DNA of 64,000 nucleotides, from assembly GCA_041555445.1 (NCBI GenBank), contig JBFFKK010000001.1, positions 64,418 through 128,417 on the forward strand, read 5' to 3'. The position numbers and the translations under genes are program-made. Source of the stretch: Sulfurimonadaceae bacterium (GTDB taxonomy: Bacteria > Campylobacterota > Campylobacteria > Campylobacterales > Sulfurimonadaceae). Numbering within the stretch: position 1 is the stretch's first letter; every line of letters starts with the position of its first letter. This document shows, one piece after another, positions 52,594 to 61,202 of the stretch. The notes below the pieces were generated by a model. It did not search any database. It was not told where the DNA came from and saw only the letters and a program-made list of their open reading frames with translations.

Positions 52594-53732
52594 CTGGCTG
52601 CCTTCTCAATGACGAACGACGTGTTGTTGCCGCCGAAACCAAAATAGTTCAACATAAACAAACCGCTCTCACATGGCATTTTTTCCTGCAGCGGTGCCAA
52701 CTGAAGTGTTTCGTCACAGTTTGAAAAATTCGGCGAACTCGGCACAAAACCCGCATCCACACACTCGAGTATCAAAAGCAGTTCGCTTGAACCGCAGCTG
52801 CCCAGGGTGTGTCCGATGTAAGGCTTGAACGAGAAAAAAGCGGGGGTTTGCGCAAAAGCCAGCCGCATACCGTTCATCTCGGCCTGATCATTCAAGGCGC
52901 TCGCCGTTCCATGGGCCTTGACCGCAGTGACCGCACTCTGTTGAACGCCCGCTTTTTCCAGTGCCGCGGTAATGACCTGACTGATACCGACACCGTTGGG
53001 GTTTGCACCGGTCACACTGTGTGTTTCGCAGTTGCTGACGCCGCCGCGGAAATACCAGGGTGCGTCTGCAACATCATCACGGCTCATAAAGAGCGCACTG
53101 ACCGCTTCGCCCAGCAAGATACCCTGGCGATCTCTGTCAAAAGGGGCGATTTTTCCCGGAGAGAGCAGCTGCATGGAGGCGAACCCCTCAAACGTAACCG
53201 GTGCGAACATCTCCATCCCGATGACAAGCGCATAGTCGATCACCTCGCCTTCGAGCATCGATGCCGCATCCAAAACGGCATTGGCGCTTGATGTGCAGGC
53301 CGTGTTATAGGTCAGCGTAAAATCGTGCAGACCGAAACGTTTGATCAGCTGCTCCGCATAGTAGCCGTTACCGATCCGTTCACAGGCGATCACCGCCTCT
53401 TGCGAACCGTCAAAATTCTTACCCAGCGGGAGGCTCAAAGAGAGATCGTTCGACGAACTTCCCAAAAAAAGACCGCACCGTTTAAGCTGCTCCGACGTCA
53501 AGCCTATTTTGTCGATCGCCTTTTGAACGACCTCTTCAAGATACTGCAGCGGTATAGTTACAGCGCTGTTGCGTTCACCGTCGTCGATGCCGTAGTAAGC
53601 GTAGGAGAGTGTCTCGCCGTTAAGGACCATGCTCTTGTCGACCGTGCGGTATGTCCCCTCTGAAAGATGTTTTAGACGCTCTTCTTTATTGCCTAGCGCA
53701 CTGTATATCTCACCGCCGAGTATCGTTATCAT
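52590..53732 (-). CDS. beta-ketoacyl synthase (KS)
   Basis: 380 aa. Active-site Cys in YNTACTSSANAV, plus KAHGTAS and GHTLGSCG. Confidence 0.9.
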   Translation of the reverse strand: MITILGGEIYSALGNKEERLKHLSEGTYRTVDKSMVLNGETLSYAYYGIDDGERNSAVTIPLQYLEEVVQKAIDKIGLTSEQLKRCGLFLGSSSNDLSLSLPLGKNFDGSQEAVIACERIGNGYYAEQLIKRFGLHDFTLTYNTACTSSANAVLDAASMLEGEVIDYALVIGMEMFAPVTFEGFASMQLLSPGKIAPFDRDRQGILLGEAVSALFMSRDDVADAPWYFRGGVSNCETHSVTGANPNGVGISQVITAALEKAGVQQSAVTAVKAHGTASALNDQAEMNGMRLAFAQTPAFFSFKPYIGHTLGSCGSSELLLILECVDAGFVPSSPNFSNCDETLQLAPLQEKMPCESGLFMLNYFGFGGNNTSFVIEKAAR

Positions 53733-53738
53733 TACACG

Positions 53739-54008
53739 CTACTCAGGCTGGATATAGTCGGCAAGATTGTTGATGGTCGTCACGACGCGGCGAAAATCTT
53801 TTGAGTCGCCCAGACGGATCTTAAACTGGTTTTGCAGCCCCATTGAGATCTGCAGCGCATCCAAAGAATCCAGTTCCAGGCCGCTTTTGTCGGAAAACAG
53901 TTCGACATCATCGGCCACCTCTTCCGGCGTGATATCCTCTTTTTCACACTCCTCGATGATCATCGTTTTTAGACGCAACTTCAGTGCATCATCTTGGGAA
54001 CCTATCAT
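53739..54008 (-). CDS. acyl carrier protein
   Basis: 89 aa with GLELDSLDALQI. Confidence 0.8.
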   Translation of the reverse strand: MIGSQDDALKLRLKTMIIEECEKEDITPEEVADDVELFSDKSGLELDSLDALQISMGLQNQFKIRLGDSKDFRRVVTTINNLADYIQPE

Positions 54009-55195
54009 GCCACTCTCCTTATCTTATAATTAAATACCCCTGCTGCTATGATGAGCGAGACCACGCCAAACAGCAGCAGCCCCACCGCTTCATACAGCAC
54101 ATCGCTGAGATTGCCGCGGCGCAAAAAGACGTCCAGGAAACCCTCAAGGCCCCATGACATCGGTGAGACATTGGCAAAATCCTGCATAAAGTCCGGCATA
54201 ACGAATTTCGGGACCATGACACCGCCGATCGCCCCCAGAAGTATGTTGATAATGCCGCCGATCGTCGTCGCCTGCTCAACACTGTCGACGATCACTGCGA
54301 TCAGGATCGAAAGCCCGATAGCCGAGAGACTCAAAGAGAGTGATACGGCCATCAAAGCCGTGATATCACCCCCGATGGTCAACGGTGCCGCTCCGAAAAG
54401 CGGTACGATGAACATGCCGACCGCGATCATCACCCAGACCTGCAGCTGGTTGATCAGCATATAAGGGATGATCTTTCCGCCAAACAGGACCGCCAGCGAG
54501 ACATTCATCGTACTCAGACGCATCAAGGTGTTCTGTTTGCGCTCGCTGATAAAGATCGTCGACATCGGTATGATGACAAAAAAGAGACCGAAGACGATCC
54601 ACGACGGCACACTCTGCTGGGTCGATGTCGGCTTTTCATCTTCCTCCAGCGCGGCGTAATGGATCTTCATCATGCTTGCTTCGTCAAATTCTATTTTTTT
54701 TGCCTCTGTCTCATGACCGCGCATGCCGGCCTGCATCTCCTGCGCCAGGTTGACAGCATCCAGTCGCACCTGCATGACACTGCTCAATATCTGCGTTTTG
54801 AAGAGCATCAGGTGACTCTGCCCGATATCCGAGGCCACTTCAATCTGAAGTGCCGAATTGTTGGCTTCGCTCTGTGTAAACTGGGACTTGAACCCTCGCG
54901 GTATGACAACGATAAACTGGACACCCTCTTCTTTCGGTGTCGCAAAGGTGTCGCTGATATTATGCTCGTTCATCAGTTTGTTGGCACGGAGCTTGGATGC
55001 CAGGGAGAAGCTCTCGAGAGAGTTGTCCCTATCGACGACCGCGTATTCGATCAGCGCCTTCTCTTCGTTAAAGACATCTTTGAGTGCCAATGACATGATA
55101 AGGATAAAGACGGCCGGCATCACAAACAGTGCCGCAAGCGCGTGTTTGTCACGAGAGACCAGCAAGAACTCTTTGATCAGCATCGCCTTAAACAT
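54005..55195 (-). CDS. ABC-2 type transporter permease
   Basis: 396 aa. N-terminal TM, a large external loop, then five C-terminal TM helices. It overlaps the ATPase gene by 8 nt. Confidence 0.8.
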   Translation of the reverse strand: MFKAMLIKEFLLVSRDKHALAALFVMPAVFILIMSLALKDVFNEEKALIEYAVVDRDNSLESFSLASKLRANKLMNEHNISDTFATPKEEGVQFIVVIPRGFKSQFTQSEANNSALQIEVASDIGQSHLMLFKTQILSSVMQVRLDAVNLAQEMQAGMRGHETEAKKIEFDEASMMKIHYAALEEDEKPTSTQQSVPSWIVFGLFFVIIPMSTIFISERKQNTLMRLSTMNVSLAVLFGGKIIPYMLINQLQVWVMIAVGMFIVPLFGAAPLTIGGDITALMAVSLSLSLSAIGLSILIAVIVDSVEQATTIGGIINILLGAIGGVMVPKFVMPDFMQDFANVSPMSWGLEGFLDVFLRRGNLSDVLYEAVGLLLFGVVSLIIAAGVFNYKIRRVA

Positions 55196-56111
55196 CAGCC
55201 CGTCCTTTCGATGTCAGGTTGATAAACAGTGACTCCAGCGTGGTTGTGCCGTATCGGATATTGCGCACAGCAATATCATTCGCTTCAAGCAAGGCCAGTG
55301 CCTCGCCAACATGAGCGCTCGCTTTGCCTTTGAGCATCAAAGACCCCTCGTCGATAACCCGCAACGTTTCCATCGTATTGCAACACGTTTGCAACTGGGC
55401 CAACGGTGTCTCATACACCTCGATAATGATCTCATCGGCACTCTCGTTGCTCAGCATACTTTCGATGCTGCCCTGCTTGATGATCTTTCCGGCATTGATG
55501 ATCGCCACCTCGTCACAGATCTTCTCGATCTCCGGCATGTAATGCGAGGTGTAGACGACCGTCTTGTTGGCCTCTTTGAATGACATGATCGTCTCCAATA
55601 TCTCGTTACGCGATTCCGGGTCGATACCGACGGTCGGTTCATCAAAGAAGAGGATATCCGGATCGTTAAGCAGACCGATAGCGATGTTGAGACGGCGTTT
55701 TTGTCCGCCTGAAAGGGTGGCCGCTTTTTGGTGCAGCATGGAGCCCAGACGGTTGGTCTCTACAGCATATGCGATGTTTTTCTTCAACGCCTCCGCGTCG
55801 ATGTTCTGGATGCCGCCAAAAAAATTAAGGTTTTCGATAACCGTAAGGTTTTCATAAAAAGCGAGTGTCTGGGGGATAAGCGCACACCGCTTGCGGATTG
55901 CCGGCAGCTCTTTGTTCAAAGGAAGGCCGAAGAGACGCACCTCGCCCTCGTCATATTTTGTCAAACCGTTGAGTATCGATATCAACGTTGTCTTGCCCGC
56001 ACCGTTTGGCCCTAAAAGACCGAAGATCGTTCCCGCTTTTATCTCCAGGGTGAGATGGTCAAGTGCCACCTTTTCACCATAACGCTTGAGCAGGTTTGTG
56101 ATCTTGACCAT
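55188..56111 (-). CDS. ABC transporter ATP-binding protein
   Basis: Walker A GPNGAGKTT, signature LSGGQKRRL, Walker B ILFFDEPT, and H-loop SHYM. Confidence 0.9.
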   Translation of the reverse strand: MVKITNLLKRYGEKVALDHLTLEIKAGTIFGLLGPNGAGKTTLISILNGLTKYDEGEVRLFGLPLNKELPAIRKRCALIPQTLAFYENLTVIENLNFFGGIQNIDAEALKKNIAYAVETNRLGSMLHQKAATLSGGQKRRLNIAIGLLNDPDILFFDEPTVGIDPESRNEILETIMSFKEANKTVVYTSHYMPEIEKICDEVAIINAGKIIKQGSIESMLSNESADEIIIEVYETPLAQLQTCCNTMETLRVIDEGSLMLKGKASAHVGEALALLEANDIAVRNIRYGTTTLESLFINLTSKGRADV

Positions 56112-57115
56112 TAGAACGCCGTCAGCATTTTCTTGTAGACCGTTGCCTCTTCATCGGCAATGGATTCAAGTTTTTTGGCGATCGCATCGAAATCGACCGT
56201 CTCGCTCTTCTTGGAACGGATCGATTTGGCGATCAGAAGCGCGAACTCGCGCCAGCTGTCACCGACTGCCGTCATCATCTCCGAGGATTCCAGCAATGTC
56301 TCGTTGCCAAGAATCTTTCCGCTCTCTTGTAAAAACGAGGCATAGATGTAACGGAAACCGGCACCGCCGGTACCGATCTCTTCTTGCATTCTGACGATAT
56401 GCCCCAAAAAGAGCCTGGCATAACGGCGATCTTTGGACTCCAGTTTACGGATCGCTTTCGCCAGCGTCCGTATCCCTTTCAGACCGGCTATCGGGACCGG
56501 CGTCTTCAACATTCGCTTGGCCACCGTTTTAACCGCTTTGGGCACAACGCGTTCATAATCGATCGATTCCGGAACATACACCGGGTAATAGAGCGCCCCT
56601 TTAGGTGCCATGACGCCTTTGGCAAAACGTGCTTTCGAAAACTCTTTTTCATTGGCTTCGACCACATCGTCAAGTACCGGATCGCTGATCTTGTAGATAT
56701 CTTCCTGCTTTCCGTAGACAAGCAGATTGTGGCCGTTAAAGTGAAAACGCATCTCTTCAGGCAGATACGGCAACCAGAACACCGATGTCTGTGCGCCGAC
56801 GATCTTCCCCTCGTTTAAGAGGGCATCAAGACGCTCTTCCCCCTTCTTCGGCTGCGAAAACGTTTCGATCTTCATCTTGACACCGAGGTTTTTCTGCAAC
56901 CCTTTGATGATCGCTTTGGGAATCGATCGGTAGGCGATCAACGGCATACCGGCCAGCTTGATAAACGGCAGATAGGCGAATGTCAAAGCACTTGAGAGGC
57001 CAAACGCCATCGGTTCGCTCAAGGGCAGACCATGATGCGACAGCATCGTCGACATCACGCCGCTTTCGCAGTGTCCGGCGTGTTGGTGTGTAAACTCTTT
57101 AGATGGAACTGACAA
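56111..57115 (-). CDS. BtrH N-terminal domain (papain-like acyltransferase/peptidase fold) protein
   Basis: 334 aa. HQHAGHCESGVMSTMLSHHGL matches the BtrH_N-type N-terminus with a candidate catalytic Cys. The family call is from memory. Confidence 0.65.
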   Translation of the reverse strand: MSVPSKEFTHQHAGHCESGVMSTMLSHHGLPLSEPMAFGLSSALTFAYLPFIKLAGMPLIAYRSIPKAIIKGLQKNLGVKMKIETFSQPKKGEERLDALLNEGKIVGAQTSVFWLPYLPEEMRFHFNGHNLLVYGKQEDIYKISDPVLDDVVEANEKEFSKARFAKGVMAPKGALYYPVYVPESIDYERVVPKAVKTVAKRMLKTPVPIAGLKGIRTLAKAIRKLESKDRRYARLFLGHIVRMQEEIGTGGAGFRYIYASFLQESGKILGNETLLESSEMMTAVGDSWREFALLIAKSIRSKKSETVDFDAIAKKLESIADEEATVYKKMLTAF

Positions 57116-57523
57116 TTAGGACTCTCTTTCTGGTAGTTGTTTTAACATCTCGACAGTGATCCCCATCACATCGGCGTAACGTGCCAGCAGCTTATCTGAA
57201 AGTTTGGCAAAAACGGCCGGTCTGAAGTGACGTTTGATCCGCCATTGAAAAAGACCGGTTGCCTGCGACAGGGAGAGAAGATCAAGACGTTTGTTATACA
57301 TGTGAAATTCCAGCGGGGAGGCCTCACCGTTAACACAGGCCTCATACGCTTCATCAGCCAATCGTTCCAGCTCTGCTACCGCCTGTTGGGTCGCCTCTTC
57401 TTCGACATTCCAACCGCTCGAAGCAACAACGCCGTATTCGCCGTTCTCGCCTGTTGCGTAGATGGCACGTTTGGCACCACGATAGATGCTGTTATTATCT
57501 TGAGGGACCTCTTGCTCTTTCAT
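57116..57523 (-). CDS. hypothetical protein (135 aa), possible helix-turn-helix C-terminal half
   Basis: It is tightly packed between the KASIII and BtrH-like genes. LSLSQATGLFQWRIKRH...LLARYADVMGITVEML looks HTH-like. No firm family assignment. Confidence 0.45.
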   Translation of the reverse strand: MKEQEVPQDNNSIYRGAKRAIYATGENGEYGVVASSGWNVEEEATQQAVAELERLADEAYEACVNGEASPLEFHMYNKRLDLLSLSQATGLFQWRIKRHFRPAVFAKLSDKLLARYADVMGITVEMLKQLPERES

Positions 57524-57525
57524 GC

Positions 57526-58674
57526 TCAGACAACCTCTAGCTGCATAAAGGCTGTTGAGAAACGGCCGCTTTCTGGGATGTAGCAGAGCAGTTTCTCACC
57601 CGCATTCAGCTTTCCGGAGTGAAAAAGCTCTTCAAGCATGATATAGATCGATGCGGAACCGGTGTTGCCTTTGTATGGCAGATTGGTAAACCACTTATCC
57701 TGGGCGATGTCACAATTCGCCTCTTTCATCCCCGCGTAGACTTTGTCACGGAAGTAGCCCGACGAGTAGTGCGGTAGAAAATAACTGATCTCATCCGGGT
57801 TCAACGTCCCCTTTTCAACCAGCTCCTGCAGCGGTTTGGTCACCGTATATTCGATGATCTTCTCGTTCAGAAGCTTGACATCCTGCTTGACCGAGAAGAT
57901 AGACTGTTCCAGCCACTCATGCGGTTTATACTCACGCCACCCCTTGATACTGCCGTCTTCTAGCTTCTCGCAGCCGGCATACATACAGGCATCAAGCTCA
58001 TTCGCATACGACTTTTGAACGATCCAGTCGATCTTGAGCGAGATACCTTCTGCGTTCGGCTGATCGCTCATCAACACTGCACCGGCACCATCGCTGAGCA
58101 TCCAGCGCAAAAAGTCCTTCTCAAACGCGATCTCCGGCTGACGTTCCAGTTTCTCGACCCGCGCGTCGACCTCTTCTTCAAAGTTTTGCGCGCGCATGAC
58201 CGAAGACGCATTCTCAGAACCTGTTGTAACGGCGTTTTTGGTTTGACCGCTCAATACCGACATATAGCCGTATTTAAGCGACATTGTTCCGGAGAGACAG
58301 ATACCTGCCGTTGCGATCACTTCACAACTGGGGATCCCCAGTTCGCCGTGAACCATCAAAGCATGGTTTGGCAGCAGCTGGTCGGGCAGCGTCGTCCCGC
58401 ACGACAGCAGCTCGATCGTATTGATGTCAAAGGTGTCTGAATGAAGCTTGCGGATCGCTTCTGCCGCTATCTGCGCATTGGTATGCGTCGTCTCACCGCT
58501 CTTTTTGTCAATGGCATAGTGGCGAGACTTGATCTGATTGGAACGCAAAATAAGTTTTTTGGCACGAGAGGGGCGTACTCCGACCTGACCCAGTACCTCT
58601 TCAATCTCACTGTTACTGACCGCTTCGTTCGGCAAAAATGCCTGAATATTATTTATATAAACGTTTTTACTCAC
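57526..58674 (-). CDS. darB: KASIII (FabH-like) condensing enzyme, DarB-like
   Basis: 382 aa. Thiolase-fold KASIII with Cys in ATAGICLSGT and a C-terminal NTGSASI. It lies adjacent to a DarA-like gene. Confidence 0.75.
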   Translation of the reverse strand: MSKNVYINNIQAFLPNEAVSNSEIEEVLGQVGVRPSRAKKLILRSNQIKSRHYAIDKKSGETTHTNAQIAAEAIRKLHSDTFDINTIELLSCGTTLPDQLLPNHALMVHGELGIPSCEVIATAGICLSGTMSLKYGYMSVLSGQTKNAVTTGSENASSVMRAQNFEEEVDARVEKLERQPEIAFEKDFLRWMLSDGAGAVLMSDQPNAEGISLKIDWIVQKSYANELDACMYAGCEKLEDGSIKGWREYKPHEWLEQSIFSVKQDVKLLNEKIIEYTVTKPLQELVEKGTLNPDEISYFLPHYSSGYFRDKVYAGMKEANCDIAQDKWFTNLPYKGNTGSASIYIMLEELFHSGKLNAGEKLLCYIPESGRFSTAFMQLEVV

Positions 58675-58682
58675 TACTCTCG

Positions 58683-59597
58683 CTACCTTCCAGATGGTTC
58701 TTCATAGTATTTTACACTCTTTTCAATCGCCTCTTTACGCCATGGATAGATCAGTTTTCTGACCAATATGTTCAACGGCACGATCGTCAACACCAGGGTT
58801 GCCAAAAACAGTGCATAGATCGTAATGACGATCTTGCGCGCAAATGAACCGGGCTTACCCGCTTTTTGGATCAGTTTGCCCCAGACCATAAAAGAGCGTG
58901 TCGCAATCTTCTCTGTACCCACCAGTTTGCCGTTAACCGTCACGGCGCCCATCTTTTTCAGCAGCGGCTCTTTTCTCTTCTCTTCGTCATTTCCGAGTGC
59001 CTCAAGCAGACGGCGGCCAAAACGGGCACTCTCTTTCATGTCCGTATCCGAAACACCGGCAGCCGGGAAGCCCCAGAAAGGGTCTTTTTTACCGGTCAGC
59101 AGCCATCTCGGCGTGGTAATAAAGGCATAGATCGAACCGCCCTGGTCCGTCAATACGACATTGTCGATGAGGGTCCCACCGACACCGCTGATAAGCTTTT
59201 TCATCTTCTCCTGCGCCATGACCCACATATCTCTACAGGCGATCAGTGTCACAACGGGCTTGTCTTTGAACAGCTGTTTGGCCTGCTCGCTCTGCATAAA
59301 CCCCGTCACGGGGATAGACGGGGCCAGGAACCAGATGGTATACCCCAAGATGATCAGATCATAATCATCTGCGAGATCCTCTATCGGTTTAACAGCGCAG
59401 CCATTCATATAGATCGCTTCGGGAAACGCATCAAAAAATGGATAAAACGGCCATGGATATGGGTACTTTACTACCGGTTCTATTGCACGATAATCGACTT
59501 GTATTTCATCATTGGCTTTTAACGGTCCTGTTACAGACTCCACCATCTTTGTCAACTGACCACTCTGCGAATAATAAAGAACTAAGACTCTTTTCAT
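58683..59597 (-). CDS. darA: DarA-like dialkylresorcinol condensing enzyme (flavodoxin-like N-terminus, C-terminal TM)
   Basis: I trimmed the start to ATG 59597 (MKRVLVLYYSQSGQLTKM...). The protein is ~305 aa with a C-terminal TM (IVITIYALFLATLVLTIVPL). The pairing with KASIII is the DarAB signature. The family call is from memory. Confidence 0.65.
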   Translation of the reverse strand: MKRVLVLYYSQSGQLTKMVESVTGPLKANDEIQVDYRAIEPVVKYPYPWPFYPFFDAFPEAIYMNGCAVKPIEDLADDYDLIILGYTIWFLAPSIPVTGFMQSEQAKQLFKDKPVVTLIACRDMWVMAQEKMKKLISGVGGTLIDNVVLTDQGGSIYAFITTPRWLLTGKKDPFWGFPAAGVSDTDMKESARFGRRLLEALGNDEEKRKEPLLKKMGAVTVNGKLVGTEKIATRSFMVWGKLIQKAGKPGSFARKIVITIYALFLATLVLTIVPLNILVRKLIYPWRKEAIEKSVKYYEEPSGR

Positions 59598-59750
59598 AAC
59601 CACCCATAAATCTACCAAAAATTTTAAGTAGAATTTTACCCTATGTGCCCATAAAATATAATAAGTTCTGTTTTTGCGACCCAATATTTTTTCAGTGCAT
59701 ATAGAGGTCATCTCTATTATAATAGGCCTATAACTCTCTGAAGGAAATAT

Positions 59751-60821
59751 ATGTTTGACACTGATAAGCTTAGTTCGCTGGATGCACTGATGGAGGCGCA
59801 AAAAATTGCGCATGCCCCGATCATTTTTCAAGTAGCTAGCCTGCTTCGCGAATGGGGGATTTTAAAACTCCTTCATGAAAACAAAAAAACCGGGATGAGC
59901 GTCGAAGAGCTGGTAGCCGCAACAGACATCAGCGAATACGGTATCAAGGTACTCTGTGAATCAGGCTACAGTATGGGTGCCATGAAATTTACAGACAATC
60001 GGTACTACATCACCAGAATCGGTTTTTTCCTTGCCTATGACGAGATGACAAATGCCAACTTCAACTACTCCCAGGATGTCAACTATTTCGGTATCCATGA
60101 GCTGGGTGATGCCATTAAAGAGGGGCGTCCTGCCGGTCTGCAAAAATACTTCAACAAAGATTGGGAGACGATCTATCCCTATCTGACCGAGCTTCCGGAG
60201 AAGGCAAAAGAGAGCTGGTTCGGGTATGACCACTTCTATTCCGACTCCGCCTTTAAAACCCTGGTCGACCTGATGGCAGAGCGCAGACCGAAAAAGATCC
60301 TCGATATCGGCGGTAATACCGGAAAGTGGGCGATCGCGATCACCTCCGCTTCGCCGGAGACCGAAGTGACCATCTGTGATCATCCGCTGCAGATCAAGAC
60401 CGCCTTTGCCAATGCCGAAGAGGCGGGTGTAAAAGAGAGGGTTCACGGGGAGGTCATGGACCTGCTTGACCACTCTAAACCGTTTCCCAAGGGCTTCGAC
60501 GTCGTCTGGATGAGTCAATTCCTGGACTGTTTTCCGCCCGAAGACATCATCGCCATTCTACAACGCGCAAAAGAGGCCTTGAGCGAAGATGGGCGTATCC
60601 ATATCATCGAGCCTTATTGGGACCGTCAGCAGCATGAGATCGGTGCCTACATCCTTATCAACTGTTCACCCTACTTTACCGCCTTGGCCAATGGAACGAG
60701 CAAGATGTACCGCGCTGAAGATATGCACGAATATATTGCGGCTGCAGGCTTGGAAGTGGATGAAGAGATCGACAGGTTGGGTTTTGGTCATACAATGACC
60801 TCGTGTAAGAAAAAAAGCTGA
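59751..60821 (+). CDS. SAM-dependent O-methyltransferase (family 2 type with N-terminal dimerisation/wHTH domain)
   Basis: 356 aa with the SAM motif ILDIGGNTGKWA and an acidic loop ICD. RBS AAGGAA. Confidence 0.8.
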   Translation: MFDTDKLSSLDALMEAQKIAHAPIIFQVASLLREWGILKLLHENKKTGMSVEELVAATDISEYGIKVLCESGYSMGAMKFTDNRYYITRIGFFLAYDEMTNANFNYSQDVNYFGIHELGDAIKEGRPAGLQKYFNKDWETIYPYLTELPEKAKESWFGYDHFYSDSAFKTLVDLMAERRPKKILDIGGNTGKWAIAITSASPETEVTICDHPLQIKTAFANAEEAGVKERVHGEVMDLLDHSKPFPKGFDVVWMSQFLDCFPPEDIIAILQRAKEALSEDGRIHIIEPYWDRQQHEIGAYILINCSPYFTALANGTSKMYRAEDMHEYIAAAGLEVDEEIDRLGFGHTMTSCKKKS

Positions 60822-60876
60822 TCAAAAACCCTTTCTGTAAAAGAGAGGGTTTCAAGATAGCGCAGAAACAGAGTAT

Positions 60877-61134
60877 TTACGCCTTTTTCTGCTCGTTAAT
60901 AAAGTTACAGAGTGATTCGGCCGTTGCAAAGATCGTCTCTGCATCGGCAATATTTGTCACTTTGACACCAAACTCTTTCTCGATCACCAGTGTCAATTCG
61001 ATCGCATCGACAGAGTCAAGACCAAGACCGTCATCACCAAAAAGCGGATCCGTATCGCTGATCTCGCTTGCATCAATATCTTCTAGATTGAGACCTTCTA
61101 TGATTTTCTCTTTTAAAACATCAGTAGTTACCAT
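60877..61134 (-). CDS. acyl carrier protein
   Basis: 85 aa with GLGLDSVDAIEL. This is the fourth free-standing ACP in the locus. Confidence 0.85.
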   Translation of the reverse strand: MVTTDVLKEKIIEGLNLEDIDASEISDTDPLFGDDGLGLDSVDAIELTLVIEKEFGVKVTNIADAETIFATAESLCNFINEQKKA

Positions 61135-61202
61135 GTTGTACCCTATTATTTTTTATTGAAGTAGTGTAGCACAGCCACGTTTAGATAGGGTTAAAAGTGT
61201 TG

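Noticed and set aside
58683-59831. 78-codon N-terminal extension of the DarA-like ORF given in the track (start 59831)
   Set aside because: The extension runs through the AT-rich divergent promoter region and overlaps the start of the methyltransferase gene region. It has no coding-like composition. The internal ATG at 59597 begins the conserved flavodoxin-like MKRVLVLYYSQSGQ motif.
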